From a virus, in IMG/VR virus record IMGVR_UViG_3300046318_000520, positions 1 to 64,000 of that record: a DNA stretch of 64,000 bases, one strand, 5' to 3'. How positions within the stretch are numbered: position 1 is the first letter of the stretch; each line of letters opens with the position of its first letter. The notes under the pieces were generated by a model that was not told the origin of the DNA, ran no database searches, and was given only the letters and a program-made list of their open reading frames with translations. The position numbers and the translations under genes were made by a program. This document shows, piece by piece, positions 35,868-51,000 of the stretch.

Positions 35868-38800
35868 GGCACAATACGTACCCTATGTAGCTGAAGTTTT
35901 TCCAGAGCCCGCGTTATACAAACCGGACTTTAACTTTTTTGAACGAATGCTTCAAAAGAAGCAGTCTCTTTATGAACAGGGGGTAAGCCGAGTTCGTTCT
36001 TCTTATAACTCTGTACTGTCAGCTCCCTTGTCTGATGAGGCTAACATACCTCTTCGTGATCAGTATGTCAAAGATGCCAGGGAAAAACTTAAGAGTATAT
36101 CCTCAGCGGATCTCTCAATGCCTCAAAACATTGCGTCAGCTGAAGGTATATTTGCTCCATTCTGGGAAGACAAGATGATATTGCAGGATGCCAGTCTTAC
36201 AAAATGGTACCAGGGTGAGGCACAAAAACTCAGTGCCTGGAAAAATTCTACAGATCCAAAGATTCGTTCAAAGTATAACGGTATAGCTGAACAGTATCTA
36301 ATGGATGGTCATGAAAAGCTTAGAAAGGCAGGACGTAATGAGCAGGCTTACGCCAGCATTGAAAAACGCCAGGCCACACCTTTTGAAAACATACAGGAAT
36401 ACTTGCAACAGCAGGCTAAAGATCAGGGTATGGACATCAAAAATGATGACCCGGCTGGTCCATATTTAATTCAGACAATTAACGGAGAGCGTTCTAAAAA
36501 GAAATATGCTACCTGGGCATCTGCCATGATGGGTAATAACTTCTATGAGCAGTTTAAAGTGACCGGTATTGTAGAAAAAGAACAGCGTGCCAAAGCTTTT
36601 AAAAAGATGAACCCCAATCTTTCTGATCAGGATATAGACAAAATGATTGGTGATGATGCTATTTACGAACTGGACAAAGGTTTCAAAAAACGTGTAGAGG
36701 AAGTAGATGTTGAACTGGCTAAAGTAAACTCTTTGCTTGGCTCACTGCCTGCACAAGGTGGTGAAAAGGAAGCTCAAATCTATGAAAGACTTATAGATGA
36801 AAGAACACAGCTCTTGTCTAAGAAGTCAGGCATAAATGAAGAATATAAATACTTTGATGAGCCGTCTAAGACAAGATTAAAAGAAGCTATTGCAGGTAAC
36901 CCGGATGCTTATTTTGCACAACTTGCAAAACAACGTACAGTGGATAACTGGGCTACAGGCAGGGCAAGTGTTGATAGCAAGCTTGTAAAAGAAAATAGTG
37001 CATGGACAGCTGCTGAAGGTATTCAGTTAAGAAGGCAAGAGTTAGCAGTAACTAAGCAAAAAGCTGAATGGGACAGAGAGCAAAATCTTTGGGAACGTGC
37101 AAACCCCACTGCAGGAAAAGGTACTAAGACAACTACACTTAAAAATGCCAATGGTGATGATATAACACCTCCTGTAGAAGGGCTTGACAGGGAAAATTCT
37201 ATGATGTACCGTGGTTTGTCAGGTATTGACATTACTAAAAATGCAGGTACGGCTTTGGATGTTTTTAACAAAATTCAGACCAGGGATTATATGGAAAGTT
37301 ATAATCTGATATTTGATCAAAGAGGTATTTTAGGTCTTGCTAAAAAAGGTCTTGGTCTAAACGAATCAGAAATATCTTATGTAGCCACTGCGTTGCAAAA
37401 AGAAAATGAATCAGCAGGTGCTCATAAGTTTACTAAAGAAGAAAGAGAAGCCAGTAATAAGCTGACAAAAGCTCTTGAAAGTAATGAAGCTGTAAAAAAC
37501 TCAGGTATTAAAGTAGCAGGACCCGCCACTTTACGACAAGCTATGCTTGTATATGCTAAAGATTATTTTAGCCAAAGAAACGCTAACAGTAAAGATGGTA
37601 ATGATATAGCGTTGGATAAAAATGAGCTTGATATGCTGCTCAGGTATACAACAGCTGTACAAAAACTTGACAGGTATAATCAGAATGAAACCAAGCGTGA
37701 AGAGCTTATTAAAAAGAATATACTTACAAATAAAAACTATGCTCCATTAGTTGTTGACAGGGGTGGAAAAAAAGATCTGATTTCTATTTCTGACATGTCT
37801 AAAAACTTTAAATCTACAAAATTTCAAACAGAAGACGGGGAGTCAATGGACTTTTCAAGTGAAGATATTGCCAGGGCTTATTTTAATGGATCATTATCTA
37901 CTTATATGCCTACTGGATTTGCTGCACTAAATGCATCAGCAGGAGCGCAGGGTGGTAATGTTATTGCAGGTTATACAATTACAGGAGCTGACGGTAAAAA
38001 ATATAATGCCATAGCATCTACTAACTTGTTTAAGTCAGCTTTAAATACCCAATCTCAAGGTCTTGCTGAACTGGACAATGGAGTCAGAGAATTAGATAAA
38101 AGATTTAAGTCATCACAGGACTTTTCAAAACTTATAAGAGGCGCCCAGGAGTCTGTTGTACCTGATCTATTGATGTACAAAGGACAAACAGGTAAACAGG
38201 GTACAGCATGGACATTGATAACCAAACCTAATAAATCAATGGCTGATGGTGACACAGCTGCTGCTGTAATAGACCAGGCTTTGAATATTTCAAATGGTGA
38301 TATTTATAATGAAAATGGTAGTAGAGTAGATGCAACTACTGTGCGTGATATCAGAGCCCTTTTGAAATCTGAAAAAAACATGGAAGATTTTGTCTCTGTG
38401 GAATATATTCCCCAGGGTGTAAATGGACAGCGTACACTCAGGTTATATTTTAACAACGCCATGTCTAATGATGCAAAGACAACAATTGGTGCAACCAATA
38501 TTGCCAGTTTATCCGAACAAACATTTGATGTTGTGATTAAAGATGGGGCAACCGCTCCTGCTTTGGACAACTTACCTAACAGTACCGGTTACCAGGTTTA
38601 TGATATGCTTGCCAGGGGAAAGGTTTTTAAAAGTGATGAAGTAATCAATGCCTCAGGTTTTAAATTCAGCATTACACCTAACAAACTTACAAGTGAAGGT
38701 TCTGCAGATGAAAAGCCTGAATATGTAACTGTTGATCTTGAGTATAACCTGCGTGTTAATAAAAAAGATGCGTCAGGAAAAATTGTCAGTACTGTTGAAC

Positions 38801-39015
38801 CCAAGACAGTCAGTGATAAATTTAATCTTTCCGGCACAGGTGCCAAAAGCCCTGATGAAATAGTTGGTTACCTCTATAAGCTATACTATGACAACCTATT
38901 GCAAAATAGAAGTACACAGGAAGAGTATGAATCTTATATAAAAAATACACCAGCTGCTCGTGTATTTAACCGTGACGAATTTTTCAAACGTGATGGTGTT
39001 GTGTTATCAAAATAA
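35866..39015 (+). CDS. Virion cargo/ejection protein
   Basis: 1049-aa charged helical protein (N-terminal LYKPDFNFF...Q..YEQG) located immediately before the RNAP gene. Confidence 0.7.
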   Translation: MAQYVPYVAEVFPEPALYKPDFNFFERMLQKKQSLYEQGVSRVRSSYNSVLSAPLSDEANIPLRDQYVKDAREKLKSISSADLSMPQNIASAEGIFAPFWEDKMILQDASLTKWYQGEAQKLSAWKNSTDPKIRSKYNGIAEQYLMDGHEKLRKAGRNEQAYASIEKRQATPFENIQEYLQQQAKDQGMDIKNDDPAGPYLIQTINGERSKKKYATWASAMMGNNFYEQFKVTGIVEKEQRAKAFKKMNPNLSDQDIDKMIGDDAIYELDKGFKKRVEEVDVELAKVNSLLGSLPAQGGEKEAQIYERLIDERTQLLSKKSGINEEYKYFDEPSKTRLKEAIAGNPDAYFAQLAKQRTVDNWATGRASVDSKLVKENSAWTAAEGIQLRRQELAVTKQKAEWDREQNLWERANPTAGKGTKTTTLKNANGDDITPPVEGLDRENSMMYRGLSGIDITKNAGTALDVFNKIQTRDYMESYNLIFDQRGILGLAKKGLGLNESEISYVATALQKENESAGAHKFTKEEREASNKLTKALESNEAVKNSGIKVAGPATLRQAMLVYAKDYFSQRNANSKDGNDIALDKNELDMLLRYTTAVQKLDRYNQNETKREELIKKNILTNKNYAPLVVDRGGKKDLISISDMSKNFKSTKFQTEDGESMDFSSEDIARAYFNGSLSTYMPTGFAALNASAGAQGGNVIAGYTITGADGKKYNAIASTNLFKSALNTQSQGLAELDNGVRELDKRFKSSQDFSKLIRGAQESVVPDLLMYKGQTGKQGTAWTLITKPNKSMADGDTAAAVIDQALNISNGDIYNENGSRVDATTVRDIRALLKSEKNMEDFVSVEYIPQGVNGQRTLRLYFNNAMSNDAKTTIGATNIASLSEQTFDVVIKDGATAPALDNLPNSTGYQVYDMLARGKVFKSDEVINASGFKFSITPNKLTSEGSADEKPEYVTVDLEYNLRVNKKDASGKIVSTVEPKTVSDKFNLSGTGAKSPDEIVGYLYKLYYDNLLQNRSTQEEYESYIKNTPAARVFNRDEFFKRDGVVLSK

Positions 39016-39038
39016 TTAATCATTAAAGATAGATATAA

Positions 39039-42000
39039 ATGGCAGTTCCTACTGGTGTTATTCCTGAAGAATTAATGGGTGCGTATTCAGAAGATCCTTT
39101 TCTTTCTTTACCGGCTCAATCAGAGCTTGGTATGTTAGACCTGATAGGTAACACAGGTATGAGTCAGGGACCTGCTGTACAGGATGCTGTACAAAACGGC
39201 CTGGATGCATTTGCAAAACAACCAACAAGTATGGAAACCTTGTCGGCTCCCAGGTTTTTTGACTATGAAGGAGCTCAGACAGACAGGTACAAGCAATCTG
39301 ATAATTTCAGGGAGCTTGGATTTGATCCATTTGGAGGAACAGAAAACGAATACAAGTACGGTGCCCGCCAGACATGGGGTGACGTATGGAGTAATGGTTT
39401 AAGCGGTATGTTTAAGCTGGCCGGTAATACTTATTTGGAAGGATGGAAAGGCTGGGGTAACCTGGCTGATGCTGTTTATTCTGACGGCAACTGGTTTAAT
39501 GCTGATAAGTTAATGGGTTCTTCTGAAGAACTTTTGGCTCAGGATAAGGCTACTAAGGATATTATGAACAAGTATGCCATCTTTTCTACACCTGAAAGTG
39601 AAGAAGGTTTGTTCAACAGGAAGTTCTTTGGTGACATGTTGCAGCAATCAGGTTTTGCCGTAGGCGCCATAGGACAGTTTCTGACAGAGGAGCTTATAAC
39701 CATGGGACTTTCTACAGAATTTTCCCTGGCTAAACTGGGTATAAAGGCACCGGCGTGGGCTGGTAAAGTTGTAACTAAAGCTGACATAGCTGCTGATATT
39801 GTTAAGTTGGGTAATCCTGTAGTGCAGTCAACAAGATTATCTGAGGCACTTGTACAAGGTGCTCGTAGCATAGTTCCGTTTGCTGACATGGCTTATGATA
39901 TTAACCGGTATAAAAAAGCCGGAGCTGGAGCCTTACAAATAGCTTCTATTGGAGCAGGTGGTGTAAGGCGTTTTTTATCAGAGGCCAACATGGCTATGAC
40001 TGAGGCTCGTATGGAGGCTGCCGGTACTTATGGAGAGCTGTATAATAAACTTTATGATGAGTCTTTAAATGCAACAGGTCAGGCACCTTCTGGTCTAGAG
40101 CTTAACAATATGGAAAAGACAGCTAAAGATGCTGCCTTTGATAACTTTATGGTAAACACCGGCATTTTGATGCTGTCTAATCGTCTGCAGTTTGATAATC
40201 TGTTCAGCAAATTTGGTGTTGGTAGAAATGTATTGGGAGCTGCCGGTGAATACGCTGATGATGTATTAAAAGTAACAGGAAAAAGAGCAGGTCAGGAGGC
40301 CGTAGAAAACTTTACCAAGACATATGCCAAAGGTCGTTTTGGTACATTAGGTGTCCTTGGAGGTATAGCTGCTGATTTTGGAAAGAAACGTGCAGCCTGG
40401 GAAGCTACAAAGTCTTTTGGTAAGAATTTGTTTAAATGGGAAGCTTCCGAAGGTATCCAGGAACTATTACAAGAGGGATCAAACAAGGGACTGCAGGACT
40501 ACTACTATGATCTATACCATGGTAACAAGGGATATGACAGTAAAACGGATGCTATGCTTAGCAGCATTCAGAATCCTTTGACAGACCTGGAAGGTGCAAA
40601 GACATTTCTTATGGGTGCCCTTACAGGAAGGTTGCTTTCCCCGATTAACTTTGCAATGGGCTCTGCTAAAAAGTATGCAAGTACCACGGCTGAACAAAGA
40701 GCAGAACGTACAGCAGATCTTGAAAAGACTGTTTTTACAATAAATGCGTTTTATGAAAATCCTCAGCTGTTTTTAAACGAACATATTGCCAACGTAAAGG
40801 TCCAGGACAGGGCAGCTAAAAATATGGAAGAGGCGGTTGTTAACCGTGACAAGTACCAGTTTGTGAATAACAAAGACGGTGCGTTTGCCAAGCTTATGTC
40901 TGCAGCCATGAAAACAGATATGTACAAGGCTGTAACAGATACTATTCGTGGCTATGGAGAAAACTTCAACGATGAGGATTTCAAGAAAGCTTTTGGTATT
41001 GACAAGACAGAAGAAAACATGTCTTCTGTAAAGGATTATTTTAATAAGATAGCAGACGAAACAGACAGCTTCCAGAAAAACTGGAAGGCGTTAAAAGAAA
41101 AATACGGTGACAGGGTGCTACTGGATTTATACAAAGAGGGTACACCTGAGCGTAAAACAGCTCTGATGGCTAAGCGTGCTTTGGATGACGCCTTGGAAAT
41201 ACTGGCTACTAATAATTATAAGGCAACCAGGTCTGCAGAAAGAGCTGTTAAGTTACAAACAGATATGGCTGCTATTCCTGTATTGGGTAGTTCTGCCGCA
41301 GCTGCATTCCGTAACCTGGCCGTTGTACAAAACACGGCTAAGGAAACAGAGCTTATAGAGCAAGAGTTAAAGAGCCTGGAGCTTGTAGAGAAAAAAGACA
41401 GGGCCACTAAAGAGCTTATCAAAACAAAAAAAGAACAGCTTAAGAGTCTAAAAGACTGGAGTGAAAACTATGAGGTTCTGAAAGGCCAGGGGGTCAAGCA
41501 AAAACGCAAGTTTAAAAAAGCTGTTAAGGCATTTGAAAACTATTTCAGGTCTAAGAACATGGAGTCTGGTATTACCCAGGAAGTTAAACTTGATCAGATA
41601 GATGAGATTTATACTAATCTGATAGATTACATTGAGCTTAATAATGATAGCAAAGACTATATAGATGCTTATAATATAATAGCTAATCCTATTAAGTTTG
41701 CCCAGGTGCATGCTAGATTATTAGATGCCATGGAAGTGACAGGTAATAAGCTAAATGCAGAACACCTTCAAGAAGCAGCAAATGCATTAAATCCACAGGC
41801 ACCTCCTGCTGGTAACCCTCAACAACCTGGTGGATCACCTTCTACTGAGGCTCCTGATTTTATGCAGTATTTAAAAGATGCATGGGATTCACAGACTGTT
41901 ACAGGATCCACTACATTACCATTTGATGAATGGTTAAAATCTCCTGTAGCCAAAACATTTACAGAGCTTTATAATAAAAAGTATAACAAGACTGAAAAAT

Positions 42001-45000
42001 TGGGCAGTACCAGCAATGAATTAGCTGTCCTTAAAAATGATCTATTAAACAATACACTCACAAAGGAATATTTAGAAAGCTTTAATGAAAGGCTTAGTAA
42101 AATACTTAACCTGCCTATTATAAAAGTACAAGAACTTTATGATCAGTTTCAGAAAGCATTAGACCCTAAGCAGGTAGAAAAAGATATTGCTGAAATGGGC
42201 TTTCCTGAAAACCCTACAGCTGAACAGGTTTTCCAGACAGTTAGCAAATACCTGCTGCCTAAATTTATTGATAGCCTTATTAACGCCGGATCTACTGAAG
42301 GTGGTAATATAGTTGGCTCTGATAAAGCCAACATGGAAGTTATAGAACTTCCTGCAATGAAAATAAAGTTAACAAAGCCTGCTCTTTTTGAAGGGGAAAA
42401 ACTTGTTGATGACGGTAAAAACGGAGTGTTTATTATAGAGACCGGTTTAGTAGCTGATCAGGCTAAACGTGATGAACTTATGAAGTTGATGGGTGCTGGC
42501 TCAACGGCAGGTGCCCCGGTTACAGCATTTATTGTTGTTAACTCTGATAGAGTAGATCCTGTAACATTAAGCAGTGATCTTGTAAGGTATCAAAAGAAAT
42601 CTGAAGCTTATACCGTAAGGGATGAGGCAATTAAAAACAGGGAACTGCAGGATAAAAAATCCAGATCATGGTACCAATTTGATGGTAAGGAAGTAAGAGC
42701 AGGCCTTGTTCTTACAAATAAGGATGGTAAATCCTTTGTTGTTGCCACAACGGGGCAGCCTTATTTTGCAAAGGATGATGTAGACAAAAAAGTTCCTTTA
42801 ATTAAAATTACCATGCTGCGTAATAACTCACGCACTAATACACATAGTTTTATATCCAGCTTAGAAGGATATAACATCAAACAAAAGGTTGAAAAGTTAA
42901 GCACAGGAGAACCTGTAGACACCAATACCTTTCGTTTATTTCGTACAGAAGAGCTGTCTCGTATCTTTCCTAACAAAGCAGCTAATGAGAGTAAGGAGGA
43001 TGCACAGAAAAGACTGGATACTCTTTTGAAAAACACAGATCCTAAAGAACTTCTTGCTGGTCTGTCTATTACTGTTTCAGAAAACCCAGGAACTCGTAGT
43101 TCAAAAAATGCAGGTGCTGATAGTGATAAAACACCTAATTCCAACCTTATACAATATGGTGATAAGTATCAGATTCAGATTAGTTATAAAGGACAAACTA
43201 TTGGTTTTTTAACTAACTATGATCATTTAAGGTTTGTAACTGCCAATGGTACACCTGTACCTATGAGCAATCTTACGCTTGATCAGTTTAGAAGCATTTT
43301 TGATTCTCAGGGTAAGGATCCAAAAGAACAAATGGAACTGTTCAAACGTGCGTATGAAAATTCCAGAAAAGTATATATTGCGCTGACCAAGAACATAAAG
43401 CCTGGTCAACCTGTATCTTTTACACCTGAACAAGTAGCTAAGATCTTAACAGTAAATATTGGGGCCGGTGAGTTTGACTTTGTACCAAAGACAGAAAAGG
43501 GAGTAACTTATGATGAGCTTCCTTTTAAAACAATCAATGGTTATTATTATATACTGGATCGTTCCAAGCGTTATGGCAAAGGTTACACTTTCTCAGTGAC
43601 TGAAAATGCTATTACCAATGCAAAAGGTGATGACCGTAAACAGATTGAAAAAGAAATAAAACTAATCAGGCAGCAGCGTGATGCTACAGAACAGCTTGGT
43701 CGTTACGTAGCTGTTATAAAACTACCCAATGGTAAGATAAGGTTTGTTGAACTGAATACAGAAGCAATGGCTGATACTCAGTTGAATGATATAATCACCA
43801 AGTTGAATGAACGCAGTGAAATCACTAAACGTGATAACCTGCAGGAAGGGCTCAATGAAAAGAAAGAGGTTATTCAAAACCGTAAGAAGATAGATTTTAA
43901 TGAAGAGCTAAATTCAGAGCTTGCTCAACAGTTGTTTCTTTCTGTACCCCAGGCTAATAAAGGAACCTACATAAACTTTTCTATTACAGATACTGGTAAC
44001 CTGGAACTTGCTTTTCATAAAAAAGTGGATAATAAAGATATCCGCAGGTCAGTTGTGGTCATGGGTAAGTCTGGCAAGGATCCAATTAATATCAAAAATA
44101 TTGATGATTTAATTAGCAGGATAAATGCTGCTATAGAGCGTCATGATAAATCATTTGCCAAGCGTGAAGTTGATCAGATTGGAATTACATTAAAAAAAGA
44201 AAACTTTAAACAGTCTACTCCGGATACATCTTATATTGATGATGTAAAAGGACTGAGGTCTAATGTTTCTGCAGATATTAGTAAGAATATACCTTTAACC
44301 ATTAAAGCGTCTTCAGATCTTAATATTCCGGAAATAACACCTGCACCTGCAGGAAATGCAGCCAACAAAGGTCAGGCTGATAGCAGTGGTATTGATCCAG
44401 CTATGAGAGCTGCCTTTTTTAAGGAAATGGGTGTAGAGGATACTACTAAGGGGCAGTCTCCTGCTCCAGGACAGCAACCTACTGAAACACCACTTCAGGC
44501 TTTATACGCACAACTTAATAGTCTTAAAAGTGAAAAAGAACTTGAGACTATAAAGCGCAGGGATGAAAAGATTGCTGCCGGTCAAAGACCATCTTTGGCA
44601 ATGCTTGAAGCTAATGATGAATCTTCTGCTATATATGATAAAAAGATTAAAGAGGCACAAGCCAAGGTAAATGCAGAAAAGAACTCAAACAAAGGTTCTG
44701 CACTTAAAGTTCTTGATAAACCATTCTTTGATCAGAACAGTATTGTAAGCATAGACAGGTTTCGTAAATACATCAGTAGAGTTTTAGGTGATAAAGTATC
44801 TGTCCAGGAAATGGATATGATAGCTGATAACTTAAAAAATAACAACATTACAGTAGGTAAGTTTATTGCCTACATGGAGTCAGTAAGAAAGGGAAGTCCT
44901 GTTGTAAAAGGTCGTATTGAGGTGGGTGAAAACACACCTTTTAAATACCATGAGGCATTTCACGCTGTATTCCGTTTGATGCTTACTGATGCACAAGTGG

Positions 45001-48000
45001 ACAAGCTGCTGGCCTATGCAAAAATGGAGTTTAAGAAAAGCCTTCTTCCTGGTCAGACTGTTGTATCTAAGATGGCTGAGATGCGTCAGCTGCATAAAGT
45101 ATATGCAGAGATGACAGATGTAGAGTTAGAAGAAAGAATGTATGAAGAATATATGGCCGATCAGTTTGATACATGGAAGATAAACCAGGATTCTAAAAAG
45201 GTTATTCCAGGTATTCGTGGCTTTTTTATGAAGCTCTGGGACATGATTACTTCTTTATTTAAGGGTGGCAAGAATCAATTAGAATCACTCTTTAAAGAAA
45301 TTGAACGTGGTAAGTACAGAAACGCCAAGATAGCGGACAATCGTTTTACCAAAGCTGACGCTCTTAGTGTTAGTGAGCCTGTGCTCAAAGCAATACAGGT
45401 GGGTACAATAGATGTACAGGATGAGAATGGTCAGTTTATTACTATACCTAAGTACCTGTCTCAGCAGGACGGGGATCAGATGGCAAGTACAGTAGCTTCT
45501 TTGTATCATAGCAGGGTTTTGAATAACACAAACAGCGGCTATAATAAGAAAGAAGTTTTAAATAATATATATGCAGATTTCCAGGAGCTCTATGACATCA
45601 ATGGAGCCAATCGTGAGTTTTATCTTAATGAAGCAGATGCTCTTTTTGAAACTGATCCTAACCTGGCAAAAGAATATCTTAACAGACTTGAACAAAGACA
45701 TACTATATTCTTAGAAAAAGACAATCGTCAGACTCTTTCTGAGTCAGTAGATATCCATCTTCGTGTAATGGGATACCAGCAGGAACTGGAAGATGATGAA
45801 TATATATCCATGGAAGACGAGTTTGGTTCCAGGGTTACTACTGAAAACTGGAAAGAAGCACATTCTATTGGTGGCTTTGGAAGCTTGAGTAAGTTTTTAC
45901 GTCAGTATATAGCATCTACTACTTTTATTCTGGACCGTGATGAGTTTGGAAATACCCAAATGGTTAACGGAGAACCATTGATCCAGGCTGTTAATGCCAA
46001 CCTTGTTTACAGCGGTATTTTAAAAGCCGTTGCTAACATTACAGATCAGAAAAAATTTGTCAACAGGCTTCTTGAATTAAAAAGTGCTGATACAGAAACC
46101 AGTAAGTTTCTAAATAAATTCTTTGATGAAGTTGGTCTGGAAATAGATCCTGATACAGGAGAGTTTGCAGTTACAAATTCAAAGCAGGCTACTTTATTTC
46201 AGATGGTTCTTAAAGGTTTTCAGCAGTATACAGTGGATTACATCTTTATAAACAAGGATGTACGTAAGTCTAAGAAGGTGTCAAGGCTTATGATTGCCAA
46301 CCGTATGGGAGCTGTTAAAGCACAGTTTACACAGTGGCAGAATGCGTATGTACATGTTTTTGAAGAACCTGTATTAAGACTTCGTTCTATTGAGGAGAGA
46401 AAAGAATTTGCTAAAGAAAAAACAGGGGCCCTGCAAGACTTGTTAACAAATCTTAATCCTACTGGATACATTTCTGATGAAGAACTGGCACTTGATTCTG
46501 AGATGTTAAGCAATCAGCTTAAGACAGATTTAGGTATTTCTTTATCTCCTTTGTATATTAAGTACGCCATAGCAGCATCTAAGAATGCTGATATAAAAAC
46601 TGAGGCTCAAAGAAAACTTAGTGAAAGCTATAGTGACGTTGTTGGTATTGATCCGGATGCTATAAAACAATTGATCAAGTCTGTACAGGCTCTGGAAAAT
46701 CCTTTTGCTAAAAACATTGAACCATCAAACCAGGATTTGGATGTTCCCGGACAAGATGATGACCAACAGGAAAAAGAGGCTATTGACAGCCTGGGAGAAG
46801 GAGGAGCTATAAAACGTGTTAGTGAGCTGGCTGCCGGTAATGCCGTCTTTGATGAGACAGTAAGCACTACTTCCTATAAAAATGCAGAAGGTGAACTTGT
46901 GTATGCGCATCAGCTTCCTACATATCATTTGGTTAAAGTAAATGAGTTCAACAATGATACTGAGCTGACTAACATGCAAGTATCTGACGAATTTATGCAG
47001 GGTAATATGTTGCTGGATTCTGCCAAGTTCCGTTCTATGAGCGGTGACTTTGTTGTAGAAAGAATTGAAGGAATGAAAAGCTCTATTCTTTCTGAAGATG
47101 AAGATGGTAATTTAAGAGAGGATAAAACAATTCAGAGTAACCAAAATGAGGGGATCACTTATGGATCATTCTCTGACCGTGAGTTCATTGTTTCTTTGTT
47201 GGATCTGTATGCTTATAATAAAACATATAAGAATACAGCAGGTACATTTAGAACAACACAGCATCTTATAAGAGTTATTGAAGCCTCTAATACAGGAGAT
47301 ACTATTTCACTGCCTGCAATTTCTGCTGTTACTTCTGATCAAAACGGCAAAGTAACATTAAGTCAGGAAGCGTTGACTATCCTGATGCAGGAAGTTGCCC
47401 GTGAGTTTGAACGTATCAAGCGTGTACGCAGAGAACTTGCCACTGGTGTATATGAGAATGGAGAAATTGAGGGATATCATTACGCTGTAGATGGGGATGG
47501 CCGCAGGACTAATAAAAAGGTTCCAAGGGGTCTGAAGTTTTACAAGACGGCTAATATGCTTGGAAGCCTTGCTTTGGAACTGGAAGAGTCATCCAGGAGC
47601 GGATCATTTGATTTAAGCTCCCGTGCAGCAGAAATCAATGCCCAATTTAAAAGATACTGGGAAGCCAGGATGGAAGAATTTGTAGACAAGCTTGATAACA
47701 TTGGTGTAGTAAGTACTGTAAAAAGTGAAGACCCTGAAGAAAACGGTAGGCTTATTAACAACCTGGTTGATGATTTTATTGAAATTGGTTTTACTGTTAA
47801 AGATGACGGTAAAGAAATACTGGATGAAAAAAGGAATCAAGATCTGAATATTATCCCAGGTAATATGAAACACAACCTGGGTCAGATCATGATGAATGAT
47901 TATCTAAACACAATGGCTGTAAATCAGCTTTTGTATGGAGATGAAGCCCGTGCCTTTAAAGATGAGATTGATCAGGTCAAGCGTGCAAAAGGAGCTAACG

Positions 48001-51000
48001 GTTCTGGTCAGTCTTTGGAGTCCTTGGTAACTAATGAAGAATTGGGTATTACAGAATCCTTCACTGAAAGTTATATATTAACTTTTACAGATCCTAAATA
48101 TAACGCCCGTTTTGCAGGTGGACTTAAAGATAAAGCAGATGCTCAGTCTTACCAGAGTGTGAAGTCAATGAGGTATACACTTCATGGACTTGGAAAACTT
48201 ACTCCGTATGCTGCCAAGATCCTTGATAAACTTGAGCGTGGTGACAAGCTTACCAAAGAAGAGGTATTTGGTCCTAGTGGTCTCAAAGCCATGGAAGCTA
48301 TGTTTAACTCTGAAAAGCTTGTTTACTTTGATGGTCCTCAGTATATCAAGACTTCTACAGTAATGCTTACAAAGGAATTGACTTCTGTATTGGTGAATGG
48401 TAAATGGCTTGCACGTCCTGGATATGAAGATCTGCACGACTTACGTGAGCGTCTTGAAAAGTTTGAAAAAGACAATAACACAGTAACTTTTGCTGCTCCT
48501 AAAAGTGCCAGCAAGGGACTTAAGAGAAATGTTTTTGATCATAATGAAGGGTTTCGTAATGCAAAAGATGATAACTTTTCCCGCCAAGAAACCAAATACT
48601 GGAGACTACAGTTGGTAAATCCTTCTAATAAAGTTATGATAACAGATCCTACGCAGGCAAAACAAATCATTATTGCAGAACAGAATGATGATACCTCTGT
48701 AGAATTTATGGGTGTTAACACCACTATTGGTGAACTTAAAAAAGCTTATTTAAACGATACAGCTCAGCGTGTCAACAATAACTATACAAGAACCAGAGAT
48801 GAAATATTTGACATAGAAGAAGGTTTCTCTGAACTTGGTAAAGCTATTCAGCAAGATAAAATATCTTCAAAGCTTGAAAAATTCCAGGCCAGGGCTATAG
48901 AAAATCTTAGGTCTACTGGGGCTGACAGCCAGCTTATTGAATTTTTCTCATTGGATCCGGAAACAGGAAAACCTAATTACAACCTGAACAATCCTGTCAC
49001 TCTGGAAAAATACACACAGCTGTTTCTGGCTTATTTTTCAAAAGGAGTACTTAGTGAAAAAATTCCTGGTCACTCTGTTGCTTTGATGTCTAACTACGGT
49101 ATAAAAGTAGTTAAAGTATTTACAGGTAAGTTTGACGAAAGCGGAGCACCTATTGGTCAGATTGTATCCAGGGATGAGGTTGAAAGAAACTACAACAAGT
49201 ACAAGAGCGTTAAAAAGTGGAACAACGATGTTGATCGTCAGTTTACAGGTCTTGTTGCCGGTGACATATACCTTGATGATTTAAGGCATAATGTACCAGA
49301 GTTTGATAGCAAGGGTAAAATCATAGGACGGTATACAGAGTTTATGATGCCTCCTCACTTCATGGAAGATATGGGTCTGAAACCAGGGGATAAAATACCT
49401 GACCATATAGCCAAAGCATTTGGAGTGCGTATTCCTTCACAGGATAAACATAGCTTTATTTCTCTTAAACTGGTAGATTTTCTACCTGCTTATTACGGAT
49501 CTACAGGTGTGTTCCCACATGAGCTGATTGAAATATCCGGAGCTGACTTTGACATTGATAAACTCTATATGCACATTGCAGATACGTATTCCAAAAATGG
49601 TAAGCGTATAGCATATGGTACAGAGAAATCCAAGACAGGCCGGTTTGAAGAATATGTACGCTGGAATGATAAAAACAATAAAGCATTTAGAGATACTTTA
49701 GATAAACTTAAAAAAGAGAATGTAAGATACCAGGAGCTTTTACAAAAGCAGGCTGCTATGAAACGTCTTGAAAAAGATATTGACAAAGCGTTTGATAATG
49801 TCCAGCAGAGTGATGGGTCAATTAAAGAAGGTTTTAACACGGCTATTTTGAGTGCAAGACTTGTAGATCAGGTTATAATGGGGCTTCTTGGTCAGGACCA
49901 AAATCTTGATGTAAAACAATATGACACTGAGTATGGTCTTATTGAGAGTGTCTACTTTATGAAAGATCTCAATGAGATGTTGAACAAGTTGGAAGAAAAA
50001 GACAAACGTGATTACTTGTTAGCAATGGGTTCTGACTTCTTCAATCAATTTGAAGACATCACAGCAAAGCTTGCAGATGTAGAAACAAGGCTTATTTCTG
50101 AGACACTTGCTGAATTAAAACTCCCCAGTTCTATTACTAAATATGCTGAGTCAGCTGAAGAATTGAACAACGGCGTGCTAAACAACCGTATCCTGGATCA
50201 AAAGATTGCAATGCTTAACAATGAGCATATGGTTAGCGGTGGAGAAAAGGCCATTGCTTATCAGGTAGCTTCTGTGGATGCATTAAAAAATCTTCTTGAT
50301 GAAAGCAAAGAAGGTAATTTGTTAGAGCTGCTCTCTATAGGTGTGGATGAAAATGGTAAAAAAATATATCCGGAAGGGCTTGCTGAGATCTTGTTGGAGG
50401 GTGGGGTAGATACTGACTCTATGCTTGGTAAGTATAAGGCATTTAAAAACAATAAGGAGGGTAGTCGTCTTATCGGTCCTGCTGTAAATTCAATGCTTAC
50501 ATATGCAGTGTTTAATAACTTTGGTATTTCATTACGTGATACAGCTATTGATCCAATAACCGGTGAGACTATTCAAATGTTCAAGTTTAAACTGAATGGA
50601 CATGTGTTCACAGGGTATAATGAAACCCGTAGTGCAAGGTTTGATGCTGAAGGCAAGTTCCAGGGCTATGATGGAGAGCGTGTATTTAATACTATTTCCA
50701 CTATTGTATCAGCTATGACCGATAACGCCAAAGAACGTTTGGCTGCTCGTCTTGGTTTGAATATAGAAGCTATAGGATATGTATCCAACATGGTTGCACA
50801 GGGTGTACCTATACAGTCTGCTATTATGTTTATGCTTCAGCCTGTAGTGCGTGAGTACTTTGAGCTTACAAAGATTGCATCTAATAATATTAAGACTGGT
50901 GCAGAAAGTGAAATTTACAAATCACAAGTTGCTAAAGAACTCAGGAATAAATATCTTGAACTGGCAGGTGAGGACTTTGTAAAAGAAGATATCACTGATG